A DNA stretch of 64,000 bases from positions 30,442,001-30,506,000 of the forward strand of contig OX597820.1 of NCBI GenBank assembly GCA_951406725.2, given 5' to 3'. Below the pieces are notes generated by a model. It had not been told where the DNA came from and ran no database searches. It saw only the letters and a program-made list of their open reading frames with translations. Both the position numbers and the translations under genes were made by a program. How positions within the stretch are numbered: position 1 is the stretch's first letter; the number at the start of each line of letters is the position of its first letter. Source of the DNA: Octopus vulgaris. Its lineage: Eukaryota. This document shows, piece after piece, positions 50,866 through 63,739 of this stretch.

Positions 50866-51614
50866 CTGATTTAAAAAGATAACCCATGATGATTACAGTT
50901 AAAGAGGAAAAGTTTTTGAAATGTAAGTGGAAGGGAAACAATGATGAAAATGTGACTAGAAACATTATGGAGAAGTCATCTAAGTAAATGCCACAAAACC
51001 TCCCCAAAACTAGACAGCAATATTGAAGCTTCTTAAGATTATTTATGAAAAACAACCAATATCAATGCAAGTAATCTTCACAAAACTCAGAGTAATGAAA
51101 TTAAGATACAAAAAAAATCCACAAACATAATACTGAGTTTTCAGAATATTTTAAAAATAAACACTGTTAAATCATAAATTAAGCCTTTGTTGAGAAAGCT
51201 ACCTAAATTACGATAACCTAATTAAAAATATCTAACTTAACACCTATTTTTTCAAAAATAAAAAGTAGAGGATAACTTGCTAATTCTTCCAAGGACATTT
51301 CTAGTATTTAATTATATTACAGGTAACATTTTAAATGGGTAGATCTTTATCAATCTTCCTGCCAGCAAAGTGGCAGGTATTGAACAAGTATTACAGAATC
51401 AGAAGCAGTCTCAACTAAGCTGGCACCAATGAAGCTAACGACTGAATTTTTAGCAGCAGAGATGGTAAAGAACATACACAGCAGTAAAAATATATGCCAC
51501 AAGTCAACAGAAAGTAAATGACCAATAATCTTTAGATTGGGAGAGTAATCAATTTAAATGGGGATGAAATGTAACCAACTTCAGAGAAGGTGTGCATGCA
51601 CACACACAACTTAC

Positions 51615-51724
51615 CATTTCCATAATCTCTAATAGTTTCTTCTTGAAAATCTTGATATATTTCACTTCGAAATCGTTTTTCCAAACCATAACTGTAGAAG
51701 CGAAATAAGCATTCCAAACCATAC
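51615..51724 (-). CDS. LARP1: LARP1 exon, DM15 repeat B
   Basis: ttccag|G ... G|gtaagt. [36 protein letters not shown]. Confidence 0.96.
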
Positions 51725-53476
51725 CTGGAAAAAGGAAAAAAAAAAAAAAAAATTCAATTCAGGAGAAAACTACTAACCCGACTCATTTCAACCTAAAATG
51801 TTGGAGGGGTTAATGAGGACAGAACACAATGGAGAAGGAAAGAGAGGCTAATATTTACTGTATTCCAATGACAAGCAACCTTCTATGCAGAAAATAGTGA
51901 AGTCCATTGCCTGAAATTATTGAAACGAGACCCAAAGGTGAAGGTTCCTACTGCACTAACCTATGTGTCCTAGATTCTTTTCCCCTTACTTACTAGTTGT
52001 TCCAGATGCCACGAGTAACATCCTTCATCTAAGTCTAATTAAAACCTATCTGTTTATATTTTGTGTGCACGCATGTGTGTGTGGAAAAAATTAGGATATG
52101 TGCTCTTGGCAAAAACAACTTCTTTCCACATACCAACTAGCTTAGGATTAAAACAGATCATCTATATCAAGTGGAATTTGGCATCATGTCAACAAAAAAA
52201 CTGGCATCAGCTTCTGTGTAGTCACTACTCTATGGAGAACTTAAAATCCAACACAGTAAGTCGTACCCATTCAAAACACCTTATTAGCCAACAAGAGAAC
52301 AACTACATAATCTACTAAAAGTAGCAGCAATGTCTCCCTCAAAACATTACACTGCTGCCTGGAAAAATGGCAAAACACCTAATGTAATAATGAGCGCAGG
52401 GTTTTTATATATTTGTTTGAAATCACGCAGTAGGAGGGAGTGAGAGAAAGAATAGTGCAAGTAAAGGGAGAGGAGAGAAAATAGTAATTCAGTGAAGTAG
52501 TGAGAGTAATAGCCATGACTGAGAGGGAATAAGAGAGGGGAAGTGGTAAAGAGAGTGTCGTGTCCACAAGTCATTGAGGAGGTGAAGTGAGAGTAATAGA
52601 TGTGATACAAATAGTCTGGGAGTGTGTTGAGATATATATTTTTGTCATGTATTTACAGACACACACACACATATATATTGTAATGAAGGATATATAACAC
52701 AATTAATCAAATATGTATTTTTTGTTCCAACATAAAATTTCGGGAAAGGTTCTTCAAGTAAATATTAACAAGATTATCATTAAAAAGGGTAGTCAGAAAC
52801 TGTTGATGCTATCATGTCCGGAACATCCTACTACATTATATATGCCTACGGAGACTTCCCTATAAAATAGGGTTAGGACACCCAGAAGAATAATTTCAAA
52901 GGTGAAATGTTTTGTTTACCATTTATTAAGATCATTTAGTCTAATATTTCAGTTCGAATGTGTGTGTGTATATTTACAGTATATAGTGTTTATTATCAGT
53001 TAACTAAAATTATCAGTGATCAGTAATCCCATAACTTATTTACAATATATAGTGTTTCTAAACCATTCACTGATACTCTTTCTTCTGCTATGGAGAATGA
53101 AGCAGACAGAAGGCGACAGTCAGCCAGAGAGAGACAAAGGTGAAGGACTGCCAGTCTCACTCAGGAAGAACTGGATGCGAGAAGGTTAAAAAATAAATTA
53201 AGATTATTAAATCAACCACAAGATGTTGGGAGAGGAACATCTAAAACAAGGCAACTCATTGGTGGTAGGGTTTTCACTAGAAACATGGTGCTGAAGCAAT
53301 TAATAAGATAGAGGTTGTAATCTTAATTTTATTTTCCGCATCATTTTCATGCTGTCATTTCTGATGACACAGGTACACTAGTCTTATAATAAGCACTCAC
53401 TCCACTGACAAGTTAAAAAATTAATCAGGCCACAGTGTAATTCAGACTTGTGATTGATGCCAAAAATATGACTTAC

Positions 53477-53621
53477 CGGTATCCAGCTTTAGCATCTTCA
53501 CAGGCCAATGTCTTAAATTCAATGTACATCTTTTTGTTGTAGTGTTCTCGAAGGAAGAATGACCAAAAGCGGAATAATGTGTTCATTTCTTGAGAAAGAC
53601 CAATTCCTTGCTTTTTCCTCT
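53477..53621 (-). CDS. LARP1: LARP1 exon, DM15 repeat A
   Basis: tttttag|AG ... CG|gtaagt. [49 protein letters not shown]. Confidence 0.96.
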
Positions 53622-53659
53622 CTAAAAACAGAATATAAAGGATTAGGACTGAAACACCA

Positions 53660-54045
53660 AGGGAAAACAACATAGGTATGACACCACTTTTAGTTCTTGG
53701 ATACAAATATCTTGTTCTGAAGTGACCTAATTAAAACAGTCTATCAAAACTATGTTTATTAATATTTCAAACACCAGCTTAATAATGACTAAGTTATTTT
53801 ACTAAATTCCTCACTATTTTAAAAATTAACTGAAAGCAGTAGATTTCAAAAGAAATTTGTTAAATGGGTTAAAATCCGTTTATCCCTTTTGATATCAATC
53901 TACCTCAGACCACCCCATGTCATGTGATATGAACTTTCTGAAAGTAGTTTGAACTAAAGCTATCAAAATCTCATGTCAATTCATATTCCAAACAACAGCT
54001 TAAAAACGACAAAGTTATTTTACTAAATTCATTATTTTAAAAACA
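53660..54045. mobile_element. Two tandem piggyBac-type MITE remnants filling a LARP1 intron
   Basis: Both share 'caaacaccagcttaataatgac.aagttattttactaaattc'. Ends GGGTTAA (53866-53872) and CCCTTTTGATA (53884). Same family as 63585-63739, 17250-17410 and 38845-39030. Confidence 0.6.
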
Positions 54046-54055
54046 ATAGACTAAC

Positions 54056-54189
54056 CTTTAAGACATTTGGCGTGGTACTTATGATAAACTGTCCAGACAA
54101 AGTTTTTCTCTTTCAGCAGTTCATATGATGGATGTTGGAATAGCGGGAATGTCTGGGGAGCACTTGTTGACAATGCACTATCACTAGGG
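54056..54189 (-). CDS. LARP1: LARP1 exon, start of the DM15 region
   Basis: ttccacag|C ... G|gttagt. (S)PSDSALSTSAPQTFPLFQHPSYELLKEKNFVWTVYHKYHAKCLK. Not in the ORF track. Confidence 0.93.
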
Positions 54190-55390
54190 CTGTGGAAAAA
54201 AACAAAAATTTTTACGTATAATATGCAAACACATACACGTTAATAATAGTGTAAAGAAAACTAAACCTCATCTAACTTTATGAAGCAGTAATATAGACAG
54301 CTGATAGGTGGTTCTATAATCTAATACAAAGTGAGCATTTGTAATGAATTGAAATTAATTGCATTATATCTATAAAAAAAAAGAAGTAACTTATTTACTA
54401 TAAATGAATTTAAACAATTCCATATTTCCTAACCCGAAGATTTGTCACACATACAACGTCAAGACAAGGAAGCATGTGCATGCAAACACACACTGCACTT
54501 TTAGCTTCTGCTGGGCAAAACCACCCATGAAGCTTTGTTCATCCTGAGGTTATAAAGAAAACTTGCCCATGACACCATGCAGTGGGACTGGAGCCTAAAC
54601 CATGTAGTTGAGAATCAAACATCCTAACCGCTTGACCCTGCCTATGCCAACAATGATTTCAGCTTTTGTGGCTTAATTTGAATATTTGTACATTCACAGA
54701 TAAAATTATGTGTACTAGTCACACAGTAGTCATTACACAGCTGTGCTCTTTACATAACCCTCTTGAACAGCTGGTACCATAACTCTTGATAACAACCCAC
54801 CTGCGACCACCCATGGTAACAAAATTGTTAGAAAGCCTTCTAAATCAGTTTACATAGACATCCAATGCGTTGTTTTTTACTTACAAAAAGTGAGAAAATA
54901 AATCACAGACAAGAGAAAACGTAGTTTTACTGATGCTGGCCTTGGCACATATCTGGCAAAGCCAATCCCAGAAACAGATATTCTTCCAATTACACCCAGC
55001 ATCTGACAATCAGGAATAGCATTAGATAATGAGTCCCTAGGTACGTTGTCAGAAGATACCACAGAATGGCCAAACTGGAATGACTTTGATTATAGGTCTG
55101 TTGAACACAGACTGATCTGGGTCTAAAGAATAGTATTATTGACCCCAAAAGGATGAAAAAAGTCTTATCCGAGTTGGATTTGCACATAGAACACACATCT
55201 TTTACGAATAGGCTATGTCGGTTTACAAAGTGAATACACAGTTACAACTATAATCTAATCTACCATGTTGTCTCAATTCCAGGATGAAGAGAAAAGCATA
55301 CACACACACACACACACAGAGAAAAAAGTATGTGTGAAAGAGAAGAGAAAGAGTATGCCAAGAAGAGCAACAACCAACAAGCAGTATTAC

Positions 55391-55515
55391 CTTTGAGAGT
55401 ATGAGCTGGAACTGTGTCTGGATCTTGGTCGATGTTCTTTGGCATCCATTACCCAACCAACATGGCTTTCAATTGGTGGATTATTACTATATTTGGTTTT
55501 TTGCTTTCTTGGAGT
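55391..55515 (-). CDS. LARP1: LARP1 exon
   Basis: cttttag|ACT ... AG|gtaata. TPRKQKTKYSNNPPIESHVGWVMDAKEHRPRSRHSSSSYSQ, with the conserved 'NPPxExHVGWVMD'. Confidence 0.94.
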
Positions 55516-55615
55516 CTAAAAGAGAAAAAAAGTTTGGATGAAAATATTTTGGTATCCTTTCAAAACCCGTTGCACCCACAAAGCTTTGGTCAACTCAAGG
55601 AAATTGTGAATATTA

Positions 55616-56420
55616 CCAGGTCACCCCGTAAGTTCTGTCCGAATTTTGAAAAAAAAAAAAACCCCACAAGTTATCAAATGCTACATTTAATTGAAATTAA
55701 ATTAATGTACTTTTCCTGATTATCTATGACTTCTTTCCATCTATTTACAAGCTTTTTAATCCCATCAATGTAAAACTCTGAAATGTCAGTTTCGATTCTC
55801 CTGGCTTGCAAAAGTTACGTCCACCAAATGATTCTGTAAACTAAGAAACAAATGGTAGTCTGAAGAAGCAAGGTTGGGAGAATAAGGTGGATGAGGAATT
55901 TTTTCCCAACCAAGCTCTTCGATCTTCTGTGATGTGATCTTCCCAGTGTGGGGTCACACATCGTCCTGATGAAACAACATTCCTTTTTGATTCACTAAAG
56001 CGGATCTTTTTTCTTTAATAGCTTGGTTCAAACACTAATTGCTGACAGTAGACTTGAGCAATGCTTGTTGCATTAGGTGGTAACAATTCAAAGTAAATTA
56101 CTCCTTTGCAATCCCACCAGATAGAGAGAAGAAACTTTTTCTCATGAAGTTCTCTTCTCAGCAGTGGTTGAGCTTTTTCCTCTTTACCAAGCCACTGTTT
56201 ACGAAATTAAACATTTCGATAGACGGTCCATTTTTCGTCACCAGTCTATCCAAAAAGGGTGAAATGAGTTTGCGAGAATGGAGAGAAGAGCAGATGTCAA
56301 CTCAGGATTTGCACATGCTTTTGGACAATTCATGAGGCACCCATTTTCTAAGTTTAGGGACCTTTCCAAGTTGTTGAAGATGACGATGAACAGTCGTATG
56401 GTTTGAACTAGGCTAGAATA
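55616..56420 (-). mobile_element. 5'-truncated decayed mariner in a LARP1 intron
   Basis: Minus strand: GDEKWTVYRN and GWEKIPHPPYSPNLASSDYHLFLSLQNHL. A single terminus TA|CCAGGTCACCCCGTAAG at 55614-55632. Confidence 0.85.
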
Positions 56421-56524
56421 CCTTCCATTACATATCTAAGTGAAGACACTTGACCCAGGATACCTCTAAATCCCAGGCTTGTAGAAAGCTTCAAAAGATA
56501 CTATTTACAAACTGTTGGTATTAC

Positions 56525-56697
56525 CTGGGGATCTGGAGGTCGACTGGAATCTTTCACCACAGGATAAAAGCGTGGTAACATGTCATTTCGTACATATTTT
56601 GGAGTTCGAGGACCTTCAAAGTATCCAGGTGTTTCAGGAACGTATGTCGGCAACGACCGTGATAATTCTGTCTGTGATGGTGTTTGTGGATGTCTCT
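56525..56697 (-). CDS. LARP1: LARP1 exon (Ser/Thr-Pro-rich phospho-cluster region)
   Basis: tttgcag|AG ... CAG|gtaata. ERHPQTPSQTELSRSLPTYVPETPGYFEGPRTPKYVRNDMLPRFYPVVKDSSRPPDPQ, with conserved RSLPT and RFYPVVK. Confidence 0.94.
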
Positions 56698-56865
56698 CTG
56701 CAAAACAATAATCAATAATGTTACAACACAGCTTTACAAAGTTGAAAAATATAGGGAAACTAAAACAAGTCAAACATTAAACCTTTCACAAAGTTACTTG
56801 TAATGAAAAGCAGCCTCAAGAATTTGACTTTTTATCATTAAGCTGAGACTTGGAAGATACTCTAT

Positions 56866-57290
56866 ACATCATCACCACCCTCTAACGCCCGTTTTCCATG
56901 CTGGCATGAGTTGGGCAGTTTGTCCAAAACTGGCATGCTGGAGAGATGCACTAGATTCCAACCTGATTTGGCTTGGTTTCCATGGCTGGACGCCTTTCCT
57001 AATGTCAATTACTTTACAGTGTGTGCTGGGTGCTTTTATGTGGCACTGGCACAAGAGTCTTGCAGGACCACCCTCTTCATCAGGGGGAGCAGCATTAACT
57101 GTTCTACAGTGAAAGTTGTCTTGAGTATAGCAAGGCACCAGATATCTTGGTCCTTTGTCATCTCCATAAGGTTCAATGCCCTGAAGTCATCCTTCAGTAC
57201 TTCAGCCTATGTAACCCTGGGTCTCCTTCTTCCACAAGTTCCACCCACTGAATGATCGGCATTTCTTTATGGAGCTGCCAGCACATGACC
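56866..57290 (-). mobile_element. RTE-clade LINE 3' end with (GAT)-type tail
   Basis: Minus strand 57290-57115 gives a decayed GTCGRRRPRVT*AEVLKDDFRALNLMEMTKDQDIW (RTE ORF2 C-terminal 'GRPRxTW' type), followed by the 3' tail shared with the SINEs. Confidence 0.65.
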
Positions 57291-57913
57291 AAACACTCAT
57301 GCATAAATTACAGCAGTAGATAAGTCATACTCCCCATTAAATTCATATTTTATCTTCAGTGTGATCTATACATAAATTACAATACTTTCTGTAAACACTG
57401 TTTGCATCTTAGCTGCATTTAAGTAAACGCATTTAGCTGAAAGTATTCTCCAATCAATACTTTCAGAGTAGCCAACATCCGAAACAGATAATATAAATTC
57501 TGACATATTTATCCCCTTCAACCCTTACATAAAATTTCATAATTGATAAACCAAACTCTAGTTTCAGTTAAGCTGTCATCTGGGTCAGGCACTTGTTAAA
57601 TTCACTGCCTCTAAAAATTTCTCATATAGCAATTTGACTTCTGTTTCATCTTTTGCATAGGAGATGCTACACTTACACAATCATTTGCTTCTTGTATGTA
57701 GCAAATTTCAAGCCCAGAATAAGGTCCGACAGACAAGTCATGCAGTTTCCCATAGCAATACGTGCTATCACTCTCACTCTTTCTAAATCTAACAAGCACA
57801 ATCCATATGCATCTTCAGACACCCCATTGCTTCAATTAGCAGGGATCCTGAGGAAGGAAAAGTGGCAGTGATAGTGGACAAGGTAAGAGGGTAGAGTAAA
57901 AAAAACAACTTAC

Positions 57914-58037
57914 CATGAGCAGGTGGTGGTGGTGGAGGAGGAATTTCTTGGTTTGTATCATTTGGTTTGTATGGAGCAAGACTGTCAAATTCTTCTTTGC
58001 TAATCATATTCAAAGTACGATACTCTTTGAAATCATT
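57914..58037 (-). CDS. LARP1: LARP1 exon
   Basis: cattgcag|AAT ... G|gtaagt. NDFKEYRTLNMISKEEFDSLAPYKPNDTNQEIPPPPPPPAH (compare LARP1 'VNMISREQFDTL...NQEVPPGPP'). Confidence 0.92.
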
Positions 58038-59897
58038 CTGCAATGGAAAGCAACAACATAAAAATAAGACAAAAATTATTTCTACAAGGTGTAATGGTAT
58101 GTTCCATCATGGAAAGTTACATCCTTAAAACTATATACTACAGCATAATGCAGATATGCATATAGAACATATATCCAACACAGAAACAATCTTATTGTGC
58201 ACTAGCAAGTATTCTACAGTGAAGTTGCTGGCAAGTGATAGATTATGTGAATAGAAAGCCTTCTCTTTTATAATATGAAATTGTTGTATACAGTGCTCAA
58301 GTGCACCACGACTAGTTGCACATCAGACTATGTCCCACCATTTTAAAATTTTGTCTTTCATCCTTTCAAGGTAGGAAAAAAGAAAATACAAATGCAGCCC
58401 AATGAAATAATACTAGATAAACCTCAGTAACAGTCAGGATAAGCTATTTGTTTAAAAACAAAATGTTACTTTGGGATAGCTTTGCAGATGGGAAAACAGC
58501 AATAAAGCAAACCAGAAAATTGAAGAATGTACACTTGTTTTTCAATCTAAAACCTGAAATTTTTCATTCAAAATGTATCAAAAGCTCACTCATCTGGTCA
58601 TATATGACCAAAAGGATTTAACAATTATCATCTTGATATAATCTTATATTTAACAAAAAAAAAAAAAAAGAAGATTTTTAATAAACTCAGCTTTAACAGG
58701 AAATTCAATAACTCCACATTAGATTAAAAGTAATAATAAGCTGATGAAGGATTTATGAAGGTTTCTAGTATAGACACCAAGCCAGAAATGATATCAAAGC
58801 TCAAAATATCTATATGTATGTGCATGCATTATAAATAATACAAACTCCATGACTTGAATGAGCCTTATTAAATTACCAACCAATCAACTTCCTTGCGGGA
58901 AAAACAAGACCCTTATTTTATTTTTTTTTCTTCCTGGGGTTAGACTTTACTTGATGGTCATAAAGGGTCTCAAATGTTTTTAAAAGCAAGTAATACTATG
59001 TAATAAAAACTAACAGAAAATGTCCTATTGACATCTAATCACATCTTAACCAATCACTAACCCTTTCCCTTATATCCACACACACTAACATGTCTTATAT
59101 AACACAAGCACAAGATAGTTTTCAATCTTTTCTCAAACAAACATACAAGTCTGCACCAATAACTAATACTGAATATTTCTCTGACACTCACTGACACTTG
59201 GAAAGTGAATTTAAATGGTGTGACATTAACCCGAATGTTATTAGTATATGATCTTATAATTTTTGACCTTGATTAAAGTTTGTTATTTGACATGGTTAAT
59301 GTTTAGTTGATATTAAGTCATTAAAAATGTGTAATGCACCATTTTAATCAACAGAAAGTGAATACAAAACATTAAGACGAATCAAATATCATAACAGCCA
59401 TTCCAGTTCTTACATACTCCACTAATACAACTGTCTTCTGTCCGTATACCAGTAGGTATGGTAAATAAAGGGGTTCCAATCTTACAACAAGAGAAAGGAC
59501 ATCCAAAAATTAAAATATTTGTTCAACTCTTTAGTATTCAGATGACAGTCAAATACAACACTTAATCATTTAGTGTTTTGAATTAATCTAACATTATCTT
59601 GTAGCTCTGAGATTTCAATGTGATTGTTTATTTTTAGAATGACAAAAGCACTCATGTGGTGTCATGTAAAAGCACTTGTGTGGTGCCACATAAAAGCACC
59701 CAGCAAACACTGTAAAGTGGTTGGTATTAAGAAGGGCATCCAGCAGTAGAAACCATGCCAAATCAGACTGGAGTGTGGTGCTGTCCCCCCAGCTTGCCAG
59801 CTCTGGTCACACTGTTTAACCTATGCCAGCATGAACAAAGGACGTTAAATGATGATTGCAGGGTAGTTCAAATATGAGAGAGAGAGAGAGAGCTCAC

Positions 59898-60111
59898 CAG
59901 CAGATTGGTGTCCCAACATAAGTTTTCATAATAGCGCAAGCCATCATTAATAATGTGATAGCATTCGGTATTTATTTTCACTCTTGACGTTGCCTCATTA
60001 GTCCGGTCGCCCCCTGGATGTTTTCGGAGAGCTGGGGGTGTCTGAGTAACGATGAGAATTTTGTTAATATCTGAGTCATCAATTTCATCTGGCAAATCTT
60101 CGTCATCAGAC
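59898..60111 (-). CDS. LARP1: LARP1 exon (most 5' exon found in the window)
   Basis: ctcttcag|G ... CTG|gtgagc. SDDEDLPDEIDDSDINKILIVTQTPPALRKHPGGDRTNEATSRVKINTECYHIINDGLRYYENLCWDTNLL, with conserved KILIVTQTP, HPGGDRT and INDGLxYYE. Confidence 0.95.
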
Positions 60112-63100
60112 CTGAAGAGTAAAAGACAGAAATTTATGAAAAGAAGAAAAACAAAAATAAATGTGTTAAGTAAAATTTCAAATGAACACCTTTGATTATT
60201 TTATTTAGGATATAATATCATTAGAATGTGAGTACAATCTCTAATGAATACAAAAACACCATAGACAATTAATAAACACAGTTAGTATTGTTAATAACGA
60301 ACTGCATCAATCTGTAAATTTAACCCACCTAAAGGTAAGAGTTTATATCTGAATGTAAAATGAATGCTTTTTTTTTTTTTAACATTCACTTTTTCATGCT
60401 GGCACGAGATGGACAGGATTTTATGAGGTATTATTTAACAGATAAATGCCCTTCCTTGTAACACAGGGATCCTATATATCTTCTAAAAACCAGGACTGAT
60501 ATTAAATCCTTGTACACACGCAAAAACACAAAAAGGGGGCAGGGTGAGCTCAGAAATATTTTGCTGAAAGAGTTGATGACTGAGAAAAAAGAAAAGAAAT
60601 ATCTTTCACTCGGACTCAGTCAGCAGCAGGAAAAGCACTCGGGGAATCACAGAGTCAGATGCATGCATGCAGAACAAAAGTTGCGACCAACTTCTTAAAA
60701 TATGTGCGTAACATTTTGGGTCTGATAAATTTAGCACATCTGAGTGTTGCTCAAGAAACTTAGGCTTTTTAAGTAGTATAAAAGCACCTAAAAGCCTAGA
60801 TTTTTAGATGCCATAGATAAAACTGGTAAATTATTTGGCAACTTTTAAGTTAATAAAAAATGTTTTTACAGCACAATTAATCACATTTTGAACACCTCAC
60901 TCCTATTCACATGCAACTTCTAGAGAGTAAAACATGTTAATTCTTTAAACAACAAAACTGTTAGTAAAATGAAACTAGGTGAAGAAAGTATGAGGACATG
61001 CACAATTTTGAAAACAAACAGATCTATGTAAGCATGCAGAGTGGTGTGATGCAAATTTAAGCGAAGTAGACCTAGATTAAAAATTCAAGTTTAAAAAGAA
61101 TTTTCATGCAAAACTTGAATATTTCATTGCTCTGTCTAGATACAAAGCACTTTATATAGAAATAGCTGAAGCAGTTGTTAAAAAAAAAAAAAAGACTCTT
61201 ACATATTACTATTACAAGGGAGTAAAATTGTACCAGAGATAGCTGAACCAAAAACAAAAAAAAGAGAACAAGTCTCGTCTCTTATAAATATGTAAGCCAA
61301 TAGGAATTTAGAACTTGATGCCAAGGAGCTAAACACGTTTACCCATGACACACAAATTCAAGCCAGACTTATGTCCCTCCAAAGTGGTCAGTGGTGACAT
61401 TTGGACATAAAAGGTTTAGAAAGGTCACATCATTGCACTAGGTGAAAATCATAATTTCTTAACCATTTTGTGATTATATCTTCCATAAAATATGCAGTTC
61501 ATGTGTTACCAGTAACTATGAAAATAGTCAAGAATTTCTATGGATTTGGTAAATTTTAATTAATCAGTTTTTCATTATTAAGATACAGACCACAATATAC
61601 CACTGATACAGTATGATCAAATTAAGAAACCTCTGTGTTATTAATTGTTATGCTAGAAATACAAAGATCTCTCTCAAGTCACACCCTACCACCTTAAATA
61701 ATGGAACGGCACACTGAATACTGTAGTCTTAGACACACTATGCATGAATAAAAGATAAGGTACTCAAGGATGGAATATCTGATTGTAATTCAGCCGGATC
61801 AGGGCCGACTTATAATTTAAATGACCCTTAAGAGTAAGGAGTAACTGTTGTAAAATGTAAGTCTAGGACTAAACACAGCATGGTGTTTTGTCTAGTTTGA
61901 TATTATTCCTACCAATTTGTTGCTCTAACAATAAATTTTCAGGTCTACAGAGATTAAACAATAATAACTTTCTGCAAAAAAAAAAAAAAAATTATGAAAA
62001 GAGATAAAGCTTGATTTAAGAAAAATGTCCAGATTTAGTAGACATCATATATGATAGTGTTTCTATAGCTGGTATATGTGGCAAAAGTGTACAAAATCAA
62101 GCATTTGATGTGTTCAATATGAAGAATGCATTTCTTTTGTTTGCATTCATCATCGTCTAATGTCCACTTTCCATGCTAGCATGGGTTGGACGATTTGACT
62201 GAGAGCTGGCAAACCAGATGGCTTCACAAGACTCCAATCTTGATCTGGCAGAGTTTCTACAGCTGGATGCCCTTCCTAACACCAACCACTCCGAGAGTGT
62301 AGTGGGTGCTTTTATGTGCCACCGGCAGTGATTAATACTCATTCCTCAAGCTTGATAAGCAGGATAAGACATAGATGACAGGAAGCCTGTCTATTAAAAA
62401 AGAAATCACACTCAATCACTAGCACTTTCTGACATCTTGGTAAAATTCTGTCCATTTTGTAAACTAAGCAACATGGACTGATGCAAAAAGCAAAGCACCA
62501 TATAACTGTACAGAATGTGCTGAAACCATCCACTGTTTAGTCTGAAGAGATGGAGCATACAAGGTTGACCAGTGCCAGATACACCATTTAAAAACTGTCC
62601 GTCTTCAATGATGACCCATCAACCCAATGGATTATGGGATTCAAAATAAAGTAATCTGCTCACAAGGAAACCAATTCTTTTAGCAGGGATTGAGGTTATT
62701 TACCAAGTTATACACTCAGGCCATTATGAGCTCTTAAGCTCCAGCCAATAACAGGTTCAGGCTATGAACAACAATGCCAAGGTCATCTATATATACTTCC
62801 AATTAAAAAAAAATAATTTATAAACGAAAACAAACAAAATAAAACAAATAAACCAAAACTTTATTTTTCTTTGAAAATATAATGGAAGAATAATAAAGTG
62901 ATATTTATCTCAACTGAAAAAGAAAATAACAGTGGAGGGAAGAAAGGAGCACAAGACCTTTCTGGGTCCTTTAGTGCAATAAATATATTTGAGTTTTGTT
63001 TTTGCACACAATATGTTATGCAAACAACAGTGTTGTCTCTTCACACATTAGCATCATGTGAACCATGTTGTACCCTGTGCTGTTTGCATATAAAAACACC

Positions 63101-63584
63101 AATAATTAACACCAAATTTCTTTGCCTTCACCTGTGTAAGCACAATGCAAGTCTGCTGTATTCTCATGGAAGAGAAGCTATAACCAAATGCAAGTATTTT
63201 GCAATTTATCAAAATCCATATGCAACGAAAACTGTTGAAAATATCAAGCTGAAACCAATATGACTATGCATTGTGCAATCAGTGCTGCACTGTTGCGCAT
63301 GTGATATTTCCATGTGGCATACAATTGATCCCATATTCAAGTGCACTCCAATCTTTGAAACAGCTATCTGTGCACTTGCTCTCCAAATGGGTTAATAAAC
63401 AGCATATGTATGAATGCACGTGCAAACATGCAGGTATTGTTTGTGTTCATAGAAGTTCTTTGGAAGTGTAAACTATAAAAACCACTCCAAGAGATGAAGA
63501 AATGAGAATGCACAAGAGCAAAGATGATTGAGTGTGAAAAAATGAGAGTGAGCGAGCAATGTTAGAGAGGAATAGAATGAGATG

Positions 63585-63739
63585 TTAACCCCTTTGTTAC
63601 CAAATTTCTATAGAATATACTGTCTGTTTCAATATAACTTGATGTTCTAGAGGAAAGCTTTAATTTAAATCACTTTAAAATAAAGTTTGTACCATAGAAA
63701 CAATGGTGGTCACAGGTAGGTTGGTATCAAAAGGGTTAA
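63585..63739. mobile_element. piggyBac-type MITE with intact TTAA TSDs
   Basis: TTAA-CCCCTTTGTTACC ... GGTATCAAAAGGG-TTAA; 147-bp body. Confidence 0.8.

Noticed and set aside
57677-57847. Idea that A-to-I editing of UAG could open the candidate exon
   Set aside because: Several further in-frame stops (TAG, TGA, TGA, TAG) follow the first.
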